A DNA stretch of 64,000 nt, taken from Pararhodobacter sp. GTDB lineage: Bacteria; Pseudomonadota; Alphaproteobacteria; Rhodobacterales; Rhodobacteraceae. The notes under the pieces were generated by a model. It worked only from the letters and a program-made list of their open reading frames with translations, had not been told where the DNA came from and ran no database searches. Location of the stretch: NCBI GenBank assembly GCA_020832665.1, contig JAFIEG010000013.1, forward strand, positions 414 through 64,413. Reading direction: 5' to 3'. The translations under genes were made by a program, and so were the position numbers. Positions 34,987-45,592 of the stretch are shown here, piece by piece (within the stretch, counting starts at the first letter, position 1; the number at the start of each line of letters is the position of its first letter).

Positions 34987-36633
34987 TCAGAAGAAGATAT
35001 CGCCCAGTTCCTGCCTGGTCGTCACCGGCGCCTCTTCCGGCTGGCCGGCAAAGGCGGCATGTACCTCACGCTCGCGCGGCATGGTGTAGTGTTCAGCCAT
35101 CTCGGCCAGTGCCGTGGCGTCTTCGGGCCCCGGCTGGACGCCACCGCCCAGCCCTGCGGCGGATTCGCGCAGCCGCGCGATGGCCGGGCTCACCCGCGCC
35201 AGCGCCGTCTGCCCGGCCTCGATCCCGGCGACCAGCGCGAGGGTGGCATCGCTGACATGCTCGCGCATATCGGCCAGCCGCGCCAGGTCGTCCTCGGCCG
35301 CTGCCAGCCCCGCGGCGCATGTTTCGAGCGCCTCGCGCAGGGCACCGGCCGCCTGAGCCAGGGTCGGAAAACCCGCTTCGGACACGGCCCCGTCGAGCTT
35401 TTCCATGGCCGTGCGGCAGGCGGCGCTCTGGCTGTCGCATTCACGCGCCGAGGCGCGCACCGATTCCGACAAAACCGCCATCGCGGCCTGCGTGGCGCGC
35501 CCGCGCGCGGTGAGCAGGGTGGCATTGATGGCGCTCAGATTCACCCCGTCGGCAGTTTCGCTCAGCCTGTCATAGCGCGTGCGTGCCTGGTCGATCTGTT
35601 GGCGGATGGTATCGGCCCCGGCCTGGGCGGCATCCAGCGACGGCATCACCAGCGCCTGCAGCGACTGCCCTTCGGCCAGATCGTTGCGGCGGTTGCTCAG
35701 CAGCGCCTCGGCCTGCATCCCCTCCTGCGATTGCAGCGCTTCGGCGGCGCCGGCGCCGGTCTCGGCCAGTCGGTCCATGACCCCGCCCAGCTCGCTCAGC
35801 ACGGCGCCGGCATCTTCGGCAAGGGCGTCGATCTGCGCCGCCGCCAGCCCCTCCAGCACCCGGCCTTGCGCCGGGGCGGCAGCGAGTATCGCCATGACAT
35901 GCTCCAGCCGTTGCGAGAGCGCGTCCGAGAACTGGATGGCGGTGATCAGCGCGCCGGTTTCGCGCCTTGCCGCAGCACCGAGCCGCTCGGCCAGCGCGGC
36001 AATGCGGTGCTGAAGCGCTGCATGATCAGCCGTATCCGCGCCGTCGCACCGTTTCAGCGCCTCCAGCCGCCCGACGGCTGCCACCACGCGCGCTTCGGCA
36101 GCGCTGATATCTTCCAGTACCGTGGCATGGCTGCTCCGAATCAGGCCAAGCCCGTCATCGAGTTGCGCCGCCGCATCGGAAAGCTCTGCGATCATTCGTC
36201 GCAGTGTCAAAACATAGTCGTCCAGCCCCTCGGTTCCGGCCGAGCGCGCTGTTACCAGCGTGATCGACGAGACGGCGGAAAGCTGCCGTGCCTGCCTTTC
36301 CAGGGCGGCCAGCGCTTCGAGCGCGGTGCGCATGGCCTGTTGCACATTTTGCTCGCGAAGTGCCTCACCGGCGCCGCGCAGCGCTGCGCCCAGATCGTTG
36401 CATGCCGCGGTGATGGCGGTGTGTGTGTCTATCCCGACGCCCAACCTGTGCAGCATGCCGGACAGTTCCGATACCTGCCGCGTGGCCGTGGCCAGCGCAC
36501 CGCGCAGGCATCCGGCCTGTTCGGCCAACCCGGCGAACCCTTCGATGCAGGCGACGCGGCTTGCCTCGATGGTGGCGGGCAGCGGTGGCGCGCCAGATTC
36601 CGCAATCGGAAAGCACGTTGCCAGGTTATTCAT
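34987..36633 (-). CDS. Cytoplasmic methyl-accepting-chemotaxis-like protein (IcpA-like soluble receptor) with degenerate signalling tip
   Basis: 548 aa from ATG 36633 (MNNLATCF..). No hydrophobic helices; Ala/Leu/Glu-rich coiled-coil composition. ..GVNLSAINATLLTARG.. stands in place of the canonical ..LALNAAIEAARAGE.. tip. ..AIQFSDALSQRLEHV.. motif. Divergent from the che operon. Confidence 0.6.
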   Translation of the reverse strand: MNNLATCFPIAESGAPPLPATIEASRVACIEGFAGLAEQAGCLRGALATATRQVSELSGMLHRLGVGIDTHTAITAACNDLGAALRGAGEALREQNVQQAMRTALEALAALERQARQLSAVSSITLVTARSAGTEGLDDYVLTLRRMIAELSDAAAQLDDGLGLIRSSHATVLEDISAAEARVVAAVGRLEALKRCDGADTADHAALQHRIAALAERLGAAARRETGALITAIQFSDALSQRLEHVMAILAAAPAQGRVLEGLAAAQIDALAEDAGAVLSELGGVMDRLAETGAGAAEALQSQEGMQAEALLSNRRNDLAEGQSLQALVMPSLDAAQAGADTIRQQIDQARTRYDRLSETADGVNLSAINATLLTARGRATQAAMAVLSESVRASARECDSQSAACRTAMEKLDGAVSEAGFPTLAQAAGALREALETCAAGLAAAEDDLARLADMREHVSDATLALVAGIEAGQTALARVSPAIARLRESAAGLGGGVQPGPEDATALAEMAEHYTMPREREVHAAFAGQPEEAPVTTRQELGDIFF

Positions 36634-36817
36634 GCGTCCCCCCCCAGTCACAATTGCCCGGCCACTGTTCTGACAGCAAATCGTTGAAGGAGCGTGTATG
36701 CCCGCCGCCCGGTTCCGTAATTGAGCCGCACTAAAGTCAAGGCCGAAATGCCGATTTTCCGCACACGCTTTTTTAAATCCTTCGGGGGAATTTGGCGAAC
36801 AGGCACCGGAGGGAATC

Positions 36818-37153
36818 ATGGAAACAACGCAAACGCAATCGGTCACGCAAAGGCCAGTCGATGACGGCCTGCAGGTCACTCTGGCCGCCGATATCGATGT
36901 CGATGGGGCCGAGGCCGCGCGCCGGCAGTTGCTGGAGGTGATTCAGGCGGCACCGCCTGAGGCCCGCATCTGGCTGGAGCTTTCGGGCCCCTCCGCCACG
37001 GCACCGGCCCTGCAACTGACCCTTGCCGCCCGCCGCAGCCTGTGCGCGCGCGACGGGTTCGGCGGCTTCGGCCCGCTGGCCTTGGCCCAGCTCGAACCGG
37101 CTGGCGCCGCGAACGGCGCCCCCGCCTTTTCATCGGTGCGGAGCGGATCATGA
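36818..37153 (+). CDS. STAS-domain-like protein, first gene of the che operon (CheX/Orf2-like of rhizobial che operons)
   Basis: 111 aa. RBS GGAGGGAATC before the ATG. ATGA overlap with cheY. Assignment is by position and size. Confidence 0.5.
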   Translation: METTQTQSVTQRPVDDGLQVTLAADIDVDGAEAARRQLLEVIQAAPPEARIWLELSGPSATAPALQLTLAARRSLCARDGFGGFGPLALAQLEPAGAANGAPAFSSVRSGS

Positions 37154-37515
37154 CGCGCGCGGTTCTGATAGTCGATGACAGCCGCGCCGTGCGCGACATG
37201 ATCAGCTTCACGCTCGAGCCGCAGGGCTACAGCGTCGTGGCCGCCGAGAACGGTGCCGAGGGGCTGGAAAAGTTCCGCGGTCAGAAATTCGATCTGGTGA
37301 TCACCGATCTGAACATGCCGGTGATGAACGGACTCGAATTCATCCGCCAGGCCCGCGGCGCAGCGGTGAACCAGGGCGTGCCGATTGTCATGCTCTCCAC
37401 CGAAACCAAGCCGGAGCTGAAGGCCGAGGGCAAGGCCGCGGGCGCAACTGGCTGGATAGACAAGCCTTTCGACGCCGACCTGCTTTCAGCGGTCGCGCGC
37501 AAGCTGGCTGGCTGA
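37150..37515 (+). CDS. cheY: Chemotaxis response regulator CheY
   Basis: 121-aa single REC domain: ..LIVDDS.., ..DLVITDLNMPVMNG.., ..KPF... Confidence 0.9.
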   Translation: MTRAVLIVDDSRAVRDMISFTLEPQGYSVVAAENGAEGLEKFRGQKFDLVITDLNMPVMNGLEFIRQARGAAVNQGVPIVMLSTETKPELKAEGKAAGATGWIDKPFDADLLSAVARKLAG

Positions 37516-37527
37516 GGAGGGAATCAC

Positions 37528-39595
37528 ATGAGCGAGCCACACCCGGCCATTGCCAGTTTCGTCGCGGAATCGCGCGAGATGCTGGAAGCGCTCGAGGGCC
37601 TTTTGCTCGATCTCGAAGCCAGTGCCGGCCCGGCAGGGGTGGATGCGGTTTTCAGGACGCTGCACACGGTCAAGGGCTCGGGTGCGATGTTCGGCTTTGT
37701 CGTGCTGGCGCGCTTCACCCATCATTTCGAAGAGGCTTTCGATCGGGTCCGCGAGGGGCGCCTGAGCGTGGGGCGCGAACTGATCGACCTGGCGCTTCGC
37801 GCGCGCGATCACATGATGGCATTGCTGGAATGCGGCGGCGACGGCCCCGAGGCGCAGGCGCTGGAGCAAAGCGAGGCGGCGCAGGCGCTGCTGGCGCGCC
37901 TGGCCGAACTTACCGGCACGGGGAAAGACGCCGGGCAAGGCCCGGGCGCGCCGGGGCAGGCGCCGACACTTGCCGCGCGAGGTTCCGCAGCGCATGCACG
38001 ATGGCATATCCGCTTTCGCCCGGCGCCCGAGGCATTGCGCAACGGTATGCGGCCCGATCTGCTGGCGCAGGAGATCGCAGCGCTGGGCGAGGCCGAGATC
38101 GGCATCGATTCGACCGATGTGCCCGCACTTGAAGAGATTGAGCCTGGCCTTTGTTACCTGGGCTGGGACATTACGCTCGAAACGGCGCGAGAACTGCAGG
38201 AACTGGAAGCGGCCTTCATCTTCGCCGATGATGCCGATCTCAAGATCACACCGCTGGGGCCGGGCGCGGCCGGCCCCCGCGCGGGAAATTGCCGGGGCCG
38301 ATGCGGCAAGTGGCCTGCCCGAAGCGACCAGGGCACCCGATCCTGTGGGCGATGCACCCGCTTTCGCCTCCGAGAGGGCGGCGGGCGCTGCCCCTGCTTC
38401 CGCGCAGGCCGGGCGCGAAAGCGTGCGCGTGCCGGCCGGCAAGCTCGATTCGATCATCGACCAGCTGGGCGAGCTGGTGATCGTGCAGGCGCGGCTGCAC
38501 CAGATAGCGGCGGGAACCGGCGATCCGGAACTCGACGGCGTCGTGGAAGAAGTGGAGCGCCTGGTCGCCGGGTTACGCGATGCCACGCTTTCCATCCGGA
38601 TGCTGCCCATCGAGGTGGTTTTCGGCAAGTTCCGCCGCGTCGTGCGCGATCTCTCCGCCGAACTGGGAAAATCGGTCGAACTGGTTGCCGAGGGCGGCGA
38701 GACCGAGCTGGACAAGAATGTCATCGACCGGCTGGGCGAGCCTTTGGTGCACATGATCCGCAACGCCGTTGATCACGGCATCGAGGATGCCGAAACTCGC
38801 CGCCAGCGCGACAAGCCCGCCACCGGAACGGTAAGACTTGCCGCCCGGCAGGAGGGGGGCGAGGTGCTGATCACCGTCAGCGATGATGGCGGCGGGCTCG
38901 ACGGCGAAGCCATCCGCGCCCGCGCGGTCGAGCGCGGCCTGCTGGCGCCCGATGACCGCCCCGACAGCGCCGATTTGCATCAGCTGATCTTCGCGCCGGG
39001 CTTTTCCACCGCGCGCGAGCTTTCCAGTGTCTCGGGGCGCGGTGTGGGCATGGACGCCGTGCGCAACGCCATCGAGGCCCTGCGCGGCTCCATCGAAGTG
39101 GAGTCGACCCATGGCAAGGGCACCCGCGTCACCCTGCGCCTGCCGGTGACGCTATCAATCATTGACGGATTGCTCGTGAAACTGGGCAAGGGGATCTTTG
39201 TCATCCCGCTGGCGGTGGTGGAGGAATGCGTTGAACTCGATGCCACCGAACGCAACCGCGAAAGCGGCCGCAGCATGATGCGCATCCGCGAACACCTGGT
39301 GGCCTTCCGGCCGCTCGATCAGGCGCTGGGCATGGCCTGCGACAATGCCGGGGTCAAGGCAGAAACCCCCGGCCGGGTGGTGGTGGTGCGCGCCGAGGGC
39401 CAGCGCATGGGGCTGGTGGTGGAAGAAATCCTCGGGCTCAACCAGACGGTGATCAAGCCGCTGAGCATCTATCACCGCGCCATTCCGGGTCTGGCGGGCG
39501 CGACCATCCTCGGCGACGGGGCGGTGGCGCTGATCGTCGATGTTGTCACGCTTTGCCGCCAGGGCGCTGCCCGGGCGCGGGGCAATGTGGCGTAG
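37528..39595 (+). pseudogene. cheA: Chemotaxis histidine kinase CheA, reading frame interrupted near 38274-38278 (true frameshift, split gene or sequence error)
   Basis: Hpt ..RTLHTVKGSGAMFG.. and a P2-like region lie in the frame of ORF 37528..38772 up to ..KITPLGPGAAGP. P3/P4/P5 (..HMIRNAVDHGIE.., ..SDDGGGLD.., ..GRGVGMDAV.., CheW-like end) lie in the +1 frame (ORF 37970..39595). Confidence 0.8.
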
Positions 39596-39604
39596 GAGGG
39601 GATC

Positions 39605-40126
39605 ATGAGCGCACACCAGACCGTCACCGCCGATGTTGTCGCCGCTTCCGCATCCGATACCACAGCGGGAATGCTGCTGATATTTCGCCTTTCGGGCGAG
39701 ACGTTTGCCCTGCCGGTGAACGGCGTGTTCGAGATTCTCGACCCGATTGCGGCAACCCGGGTTCCCGGCGCGCCCGATTTCGCCTGCGATCTCATCAATG
39801 TGCGCGGCAGCATCGCGCCGCTTTTCGACCTTCGAAAGCGGCTGGGCATGCCCGACGCGCGCCCGGGCGCATCCACCCGTTTCATCGTGCTCGAACTCCC
39901 CGTCGCCGGCGAGCCGACCCTGCTCGCGATCACGGCCGATTCGGTCGATGAGGTGATCGAGCCTGACCCGGGCAGCTTCGAACCCATTCCCGAACTCGGC
40001 GCGCGTTGGCCGGAGCGCTTCATTCGCGGCATCTGCACGCATGAGGACCGGCTCGTGGTGCTGCTTGAGGCCGAGACGATCTTTGCGCCCGAACAGGCAG
40101 CGCACGAACCGGGCGCGCAGCCATGA
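39605..40126 (+). CDS. cheW: Chemotaxis coupling protein CheW
   Basis: 173 aa. ..[40 protein letters not shown].. is a typical CheW fold pattern. Confidence 0.9.
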   Translation: MSAHQTVTADVVAASASDTTAGMLLIFRLSGETFALPVNGVFEILDPIAATRVPGAPDFACDLINVRGSIAPLFDLRKRLGMPDARPGASTRFIVLELPVAGEPTLLAITADSVDEVIEPDPGSFEPIPELGARWPERFIRGICTHEDRLVVLLEAETIFAPEQAAHEPGAQP

Positions 40127-40274
40127 GAAGTCTGCCAGCCCACCGCAACAAGGGCGGCGGCCACCGCCGCGCCGCCAGGCAAAACACATCCGCTTACGGG
40201 GCGCCGCGACGCGCTGCATCGCGCTGTCACCGGCCACTCTCACCACGCAATTCATGCGCAGGAAAGGACACAAG

Positions 40275-42446
40275 ATGAATATGCCGTCCCTAAAGAACAT
40301 GCGTATCCGATCCCAGATACTCCTCATCCTTGCGCTGCCGATGATCGGCATGATCTGGTTTGCCGGCAACGCCATGATCGACCGCCTTCAGGTTGCCCAA
40401 CGCATGGACCGGTTGCAGGATCTCGCCGGTTTCGCCACCCGTGCAGGCGAATTGGCTCATTCCCTGCAGCGCGAGCGCGGAACCACGGCGCTCTATATCG
40501 GCAGCCGCGGGCAGTATCAGGGCGAGGCTCTGCAAGAGGAACGCCGCGCCACCGACAACGCCCTTCGCGCGCTTTCCGCCTATGTCGCCGAAACCGGCAT
40601 AACCGATTCCAGCAGCGAGTTTCGTGGCTATTACGAGGCGACCATGCGCGAGCTGGGCCGGCTCGACCAGGTGCGCGAATCCATCTCGGGCCTGCGCTTT
40701 ACCGCCGCCGAGAGCTTGAGTTATTACTCCGGCGCCATCGGGGCGCTGCTGGAGAACGTGTCCTATATCGGCGGCGTCAGCGAGAATGTCGACGTGGCTG
40801 GCCGGATCAACGCCTATGTGACCTACATGCGGGCCAAGGAAAGCGCCGGGCAGGAGCGTGGCGCCGGCGCCGCAGGGCTGGCCGCCGGGCGCTTCAATCC
40901 TGATGCCTATCAGCAGTTCCTGCGCATCTCGGCCGAGCAGGATACCTATTTCCGTATCTTTCGTGGCCAAGCCCGGGCCCAACACATCGCCATCCACGAC
41001 CGCAACGTTACGGGGCGGGCCGTCAACGAAACCGCCCGAATCCGCAACCTGATCCGCGAAGGCGGTCTGCGTGGCGATCTGGAAGGTGTCGAGGGGGGCT
41101 ACTGGTTCGACATGAGCACCGAGCGCATCGACCAGATGAAACAGGTCGAGGATCTGCTCGCCGCCGATATTGTGGACACCGTCACCGCCCTTGGTGCCGA
41201 CAGTCAGCGCGCGCTTGCCTTCTATTCGGTGCTGACGGCCGCAGCCCTTCTTGGTGCGATCCTGATGGCGGTATTCCTGATCCGCATGATCACCGGCGGG
41301 CTCGGTCGCGTTGTCGCCCTGGCCGACCGCCTCGCCGATGGCGATTTCAGCGAGAATGTCACGGTGGACACCGGTGGCGAGATCGGCCAGTTGCAGCAGG
41401 CCATGCGCCGCATGCGCAACAAGCTGGTCGATGTGATGGGCCAGGTCACGCTGGTGGTGGGCAATGTCTCTTCGGGCTCCCAGGCAATGAGCGCGACTTC
41501 CGAACAGCTCAGCCAGGGCTCAACCGAACAGGCTGCCGCCGCCGAGCAGGCCAGCGCCTCGATGGAAGAGATGTCGGCCAATATCCGCCAGTCGGCCGAC
41601 AATGCCGCGCAGACCGAAAAGATCGCCTCGCAATCGGCGCAGGAAGCTGAGCAAAGCGGCAAGGCGGTGGACGAGGCCGTGCAGGCGATGAAGAGTATTG
41701 CCGAGAAGATCAACATCATTCAGGAAATCGCCCGCCAGACCGATCTTCTGGCGCTCAATGCCGCCGTGGAGGCCGCGCGCGCCGGGCAGCACGGCAAGGG
41801 CTTCGCGGTGGTCGCATCCGAGGTGCGCAAGCTTGCCGAGCGCAGCCAGGAAGCCGCCGGCGAGATCAGCGGCCTGTCGGGGCGCACGGTCGAGGTCAGT
41901 CAGCGCGCCGGCGAGATGCTTCGCAGCCTGGTACCAAGCATCCAGCGCACAGCCGATCTGGTGCAGGAAATCTCTGCAGCCTCGCGCGAGCAGAATACCG
42001 GCGCCGATCAGATCAACGAGGCGATCCGCGAGCTCGATGCGGTGATTCAGCAAAATGCCGCGGCCTCCACCGAATCCGCATCCGTGGCCGAAAGTCTGGC
42101 CTCGCAGGCCGAGCAGCTGCGTGCAACGGTCAGCTTCTTCCGTTTGGGCGATGAATCCGCGACCGGCTCGGACAATGCCGCAACGGCGGTTGCCAAGGCG
42201 ATGCCCGCCAGTACCGGTATGGCATCTGCGGCGGGTGCGCCGCCGACAGAAAGCACCGGAAGGTCCGGAAAGGCGGCGCAACCGGCCACCTCGCCGACTG
42301 ATCGCAAGCCCGGCACCCGGCTGCGTCCGAAATCGGCGCCCGAGACCGGCCGGGCAACCCCGCCGGGGGCCAACGGCGCCGGCAATGGTGTCGCACTCGA
42401 TCTGGGCACCGAGGAGGTTTCGGATGCTGAGTTCGAACGCTACTGA
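40275..42446 (+). CDS. Transmembrane methyl-accepting chemotaxis protein with periplasmic NIT (nitrate/nitrite-sensing-type) domain, HAMP and MA domains
   Basis: TM1 ..[17 protein letters not shown]... NIT signature ..[23 protein letters not shown]....RRATDNAL.. and ..[19 protein letters not shown]... TM2, then HAMP. Canonical tip ..[34 protein letters not shown]... Start at ATG 40275. Confidence 0.85.
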   Translation: MNMPSLKNMRIRSQILLILALPMIGMIWFAGNAMIDRLQVAQRMDRLQDLAGFATRAGELAHSLQRERGTTALYIGSRGQYQGEALQEERRATDNALRALSAYVAETGITDSSSEFRGYYEATMRELGRLDQVRESISGLRFTAAESLSYYSGAIGALLENVSYIGGVSENVDVAGRINAYVTYMRAKESAGQERGAGAAGLAAGRFNPDAYQQFLRISAEQDTYFRIFRGQARAQHIAIHDRNVTGRAVNETARIRNLIREGGLRGDLEGVEGGYWFDMSTERIDQMKQVEDLLAADIVDTVTALGADSQRALAFYSVLTAAALLGAILMAVFLIRMITGGLGRVVALADRLADGDFSENVTVDTGGEIGQLQQAMRRMRNKLVDVMGQVTLVVGNVSSGSQAMSATSEQLSQGSTEQAAAAEQASASMEEMSANIRQSADNAAQTEKIASQSAQEAEQSGKAVDEAVQAMKSIAEKINIIQEIARQTDLLALNAAVEAARAGQHGKGFAVVASEVRKLAERSQEAAGEISGLSGRTVEVSQRAGEMLRSLVPSIQRTADLVQEISAASREQNTGADQINEAIRELDAVIQQNAAASTESASVAESLASQAEQLRATVSFFRLGDESATGSDNAATAVAKAMPASTGMASAAGAPPTESTGRSGKAAQPATSPTDRKPGTRLRPKSAPETGRATPPGANGAGNGVALDLGTEEVSDAEFERY

Positions 42447-42509
42447 ACCCTTCATCCAGTGCGGGCACGGCGCGGCGATAGCCTGGCCGTGTTCCGCAGG
42501 GAGGTTGCC

Positions 42510-43067
42510 ATGAGCGAAACCGAAACAGCCACGGCCCGTGCCCCGGCGCTGGCGTCACCGCGATCCGGCCCGGCAGCGATGTCGCCTGCGCCATCCACGA
42601 CGGCGGCGGAGGATCCGCAGACCTACCTTGTCTTCGATCTGGCCGGGCAGATCTTCGCCGCCGATGTGCAGTATGTGCGCGAGATACTCGACCACCAGCC
42701 GATCACGCGGCTTCCCAATGCCTCGCCGGACTTGCTGGGCATGATCGATGTCCGTGGCGAGGGTGTGGCGGTAATCGACCTCACCGGGCGGCTGTCGCTG
42801 GCCCACCGGCAAGCGGACCCGGAAGGGCGTATCGTCGTCTTCATGCTGGGCCGCGAAGGCGGCGCCCCGATCGGCGTGCTCGCCGAGCAGGTGCGCGGGG
42901 TGACCGAGATCGGCGCCGACGAAATCGAGGCCGCCCCCGATACCATGACCGGCTGGGACGGCTCGGTGGTGCGCGGCATCGCCCGTGTCGGCGGCGCGCT
43001 CACCATGGTTCTGGAAATGGAGCGGCTGTTCGGGAGCGAAACATGCGATCCGTTCGATTTTTCATGA
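42510..43067 (+). CDS. cheW: Second CheW coupling protein (with Ala/Pro-rich N-terminal extension)
   Basis: ..YLVFDLAGQIFAADVQYVREIL..MIDVRGEGVAVIDL... ATG 42510 follows GGGAGG (42499-42504). Confidence 0.85.
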   Translation: MSETETATARAPALASPRSGPAAMSPAPSTTAAEDPQTYLVFDLAGQIFAADVQYVREILDHQPITRLPNASPDLLGMIDVRGEGVAVIDLTGRLSLAHRQADPEGRIVVFMLGREGGAPIGVLAEQVRGVTEIGADEIEAAPDTMTGWDGSVVRGIARVGGALTMVLEMERLFGSETCDPFDFS

Positions 43068-43080
43068 TCGATCCGCACCG

Positions 43081-43941
43081 ATGAGGGCGCCGGTCATGGC
43101 CCCGTCCGCGCCGCGCATGACGCAGGCCGAGGCGCAGGCCCTGTGCCGCGTCGCGCACCGCGAATCGGGTGTGGCCATTGCTCCGGGCAAGCGCGCGTTT
43201 CTGGAGATGCGCATCGGGCGGCGTCTGCGCGAGATCGGCTGCGAGGATTACCGCCACTATCTGCAGCTGCTCGAAGGCCCGGGCGGCCGGGTCGAGCGTG
43301 CCCATCTTGTCGAGGCGCTGACCACCCACACCACCGCCTTCTTCCGCGAGAGGGCGCATTTCGAGTGGTTGGCCGAATACGGCCTTCCTGCGCTGCTTGA
43401 ACGAGGTGCCGGTCAGTCGGCGCCGCTCACGATATGGAGCGCAGCCTGCTCGCTGGGCTCGGAAATGTGGACCGCGGCGATGGTGACCGATCGCAGGCTG
43501 CGCGGTTTGCGGCCGGGCAGCGACTGGGCCGTCATCGGCACCGACATCTCGCGACGCATACTCAGAAAGGCCGCGCTGGCCGTGTTCTCGGCCGATGAAA
43601 TCGCCGATTTGCCCGAGGATTTTCGCCGCGACTACCTTCTGCGCACCCGCGCCGGCCCGCGCCCGGCGCGCTTTCGCATCGTGCCGCAACTGCGCAGCCA
43701 CGCGCGGCTGGCCTATGCCAATCTGGTCAATCTCTCGCCTGCGCTGATGCTGACGGCAGATGTGATCTTTCTGCGCAACGTACTGATCTATTTCAGCCAC
43801 GAGGATCAGCGCCGCGTCGTTTCCCAGGTCATCGCCCGGCTGCGCCCGGGTGGCTACCTGCTTACCGGCCATTCCGAGAGCCTTACCTGCATTCCCGACG
43901 GGCTGCGCCAGGTAGGCAGCTCCATCTATCACAAGGAATGA
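43081..43941 (+). CDS. cheR: Chemotaxis protein methyltransferase CheR
   Basis: ..[26 protein letters not shown].., SAM-binding ..[13 protein letters not shown].., ..[10 protein letters not shown]... Start uncertain (43081, 43096 or 43117). Confidence 0.85.
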   Translation: MRAPVMAPSAPRMTQAEAQALCRVAHRESGVAIAPGKRAFLEMRIGRRLREIGCEDYRHYLQLLEGPGGRVERAHLVEALTTHTTAFFRERAHFEWLAEYGLPALLERGAGQSAPLTIWSAACSLGSEMWTAAMVTDRRLRGLRPGSDWAVIGTDISRRILRKAALAVFSADEIADLPEDFRRDYLLRTRAGPRPARFRIVPQLRSHARLAYANLVNLSPALMLTADVIFLRNVLIYFSHEDQRRVVSQVIARLRPGGYLLTGHSESLTCIPDGLRQVGSSIYHKE

Positions 43942-45062
43942 GCCCGATGCCCGGCCCCGCATCTTTCCCTGCACCGCAACGCCCTGCCAGAGGCCGGCCC
44001 GGGCCGCCCTACCGCGTTCTCATCGTCGATGACAGTGCCGTGGTGCGCCAGACCATGGCCGAGCTGATCGCTTCCGACCCCGAGCTGGAAGTGATGGCCA
44101 CCGCCTCTGACCCGTTCGTCGCCGCCCAGCGCATACGCGCCGAACGCCCCGACGTGATCACCCTCGATGTGGAAATGCCGCGCATGGACGGCGTGACCTT
44201 CCTGCGAAAGCTGATGGCGCAGGCGCCGATACCGGTGGTGATGTGTTCCTCGCTGGTGGGAGCCAATACCGAAACCCTGGCGCAGGCCCTGGCCAGCGGC
44301 GCAGTTGATGTGATCTGCAAGCCGCAAATCGGTATCCGCGGCTTTCTTGAGGAAAGCCGCATCGCCATATGCGATAGCGTGCGCGCCGCCGCCCAGGCCC
44401 GGCTGTCGGCGCTGCGCCCCCGCCCGGTGCAGGCCCGGCTCGACGCCGATGCAGTGCTGCCGCCACCGGGAAGAAACGCGATGGCCAAGACCACTGAAAA
44501 AGTGGTGGCCGTTGGCGCCTCGACCGGCGGCACCGAGGCGTTGCGCCATTTCCTGTGCCGGATGCCGCCTGATTGTCCGCCCATTGTTATCGTGCAGCAC
44601 ATGCCCGAAGCCTTTACCGCCGCCTTTGCCCGCCGGCTCGATGGCGAATGCGCCATCGGCGTGGCCGAGGCCCGCACCGGTGACCGGTTATTGCGCGGCC
44701 ATGCGCTCATCGCGCCGGGCAACCGCCACACGCTGCTCACGCGAAGCGGGGCAACCTATGCCGTCGAGGTGCGCGACGGCCCGCTGGTATCGCGCCACCG
44801 CCCCTCGGTGGATGTGCTGTTTCGTTCGGTGGCGCGCCATGCCGGCCCCAACGCGATCGGCGTGATCATGACCGGCATGGGCGATGATGGTGCCCGAGGG
44901 CTGAAGGAGATGCGCGACGCCGGCGCCCGCACCCTGGGCCAGAACGAGGAAAGCTGCGTGGTATACGGCATGCCGAAGGAGGCAATGCGCCATGGCGGGG
45001 TGGAGAAGGAACTGTCGCTGGATCAGCTTTCCACGGGGGTGCTGAAACTGTGCCGTGCATGA
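43938..45062 (+). CDS. cheB: Chemotaxis response regulator protein-glutamate methylesterase CheB
   Basis: REC ..[23 protein letters not shown].. plus esterase ..[13 protein letters not shown].., ..GMGDDGARG... ATGA overlap with cheR. Confidence 0.9.
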   Translation: MSPMPGPASFPAPQRPARGRPGPPYRVLIVDDSAVVRQTMAELIASDPELEVMATASDPFVAAQRIRAERPDVITLDVEMPRMDGVTFLRKLMAQAPIPVVMCSSLVGANTETLAQALASGAVDVICKPQIGIRGFLEESRIAICDSVRAAAQARLSALRPRPVQARLDADAVLPPPGRNAMAKTTEKVVAVGASTGGTEALRHFLCRMPPDCPPIVIVQHMPEAFTAAFARRLDGECAIGVAEARTGDRLLRGHALIAPGNRHTLLTRSGATYAVEVRDGPLVSRHRPSVDVLFRSVARHAGPNAIGVIMTGMGDDGARGLKEMRDAGARTLGQNEESCVVYGMPKEAMRHGGVEKELSLDQLSTGVLKLCRA

Positions 45063-45290
45063 ATGCACAGCCCGCCCGAGGATTCGAGACACCCTCTTCG
45101 ATATACCCGCCGGGATTTGCGGTCCCTCTCGGCAGGTATCGCAGCACCGGGCAGGTCGGGCTGTCGCCGACAATGGAAAGCGCCCGGCCGCCTGGCGAAG
45201 GGCATGCCCGCGCGTGCGGCCCCGCGGTCAGCGCCCGCAAGCCGCGCGGGGTGGGTGGAAGGGAGCACGGCTTGCGGGCGCTTCTGACTA

Positions 45291-45382
45291 GCCCGGCGTC
45301 ACGCCAAAGCCGTGCCTTCGCCGCGACCACGCCAAGGGCCTGCATTTGGTACGATCGCGCCCGGGCGTGCCTTCGGCACGAC
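45291..45382. repeat. Family A REP-like block, inverted copy of 4211-4275
   Basis: GCCCGGCGTCACGCCAAAG (exact reverse complement of 4256-4274), a degenerate hairpin unit, then GGCGTGCC-TTC-GGCACGAC at 45364-45382. Lies in the 530-bp convergent spacer between cheB and a kinase gene. Confidence 0.75.
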
Positions 45383-45592
45383 GGCGACCACCACCCATAC
45401 GCCAACAGAAGCAGCGAACCGGGACCGGCATGATGCCGTTTCCAGGTGATCGGACCGGACAAGCCGGCGGATACTGCCGCCCGTGCCTTCCGATCTGATT
45501 AACCGGAACCGGCATGATCGAAAGCGCCCCCCCGAGCCTCGACCGCCAGCCCGCCTGCCTTTGCGGCGCCGGCATTCCCCGCAACGGGCAAT

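Noticed and set aside
45416-45520. Direct repeat AACCGG(G)ACCGGCATGAT at 45417-45434 and 45500-45516.
   Set aside because: Only about 15 matching nt in two copies. This is too short to separate from chance in a repeat-rich, GC-biased spacer.
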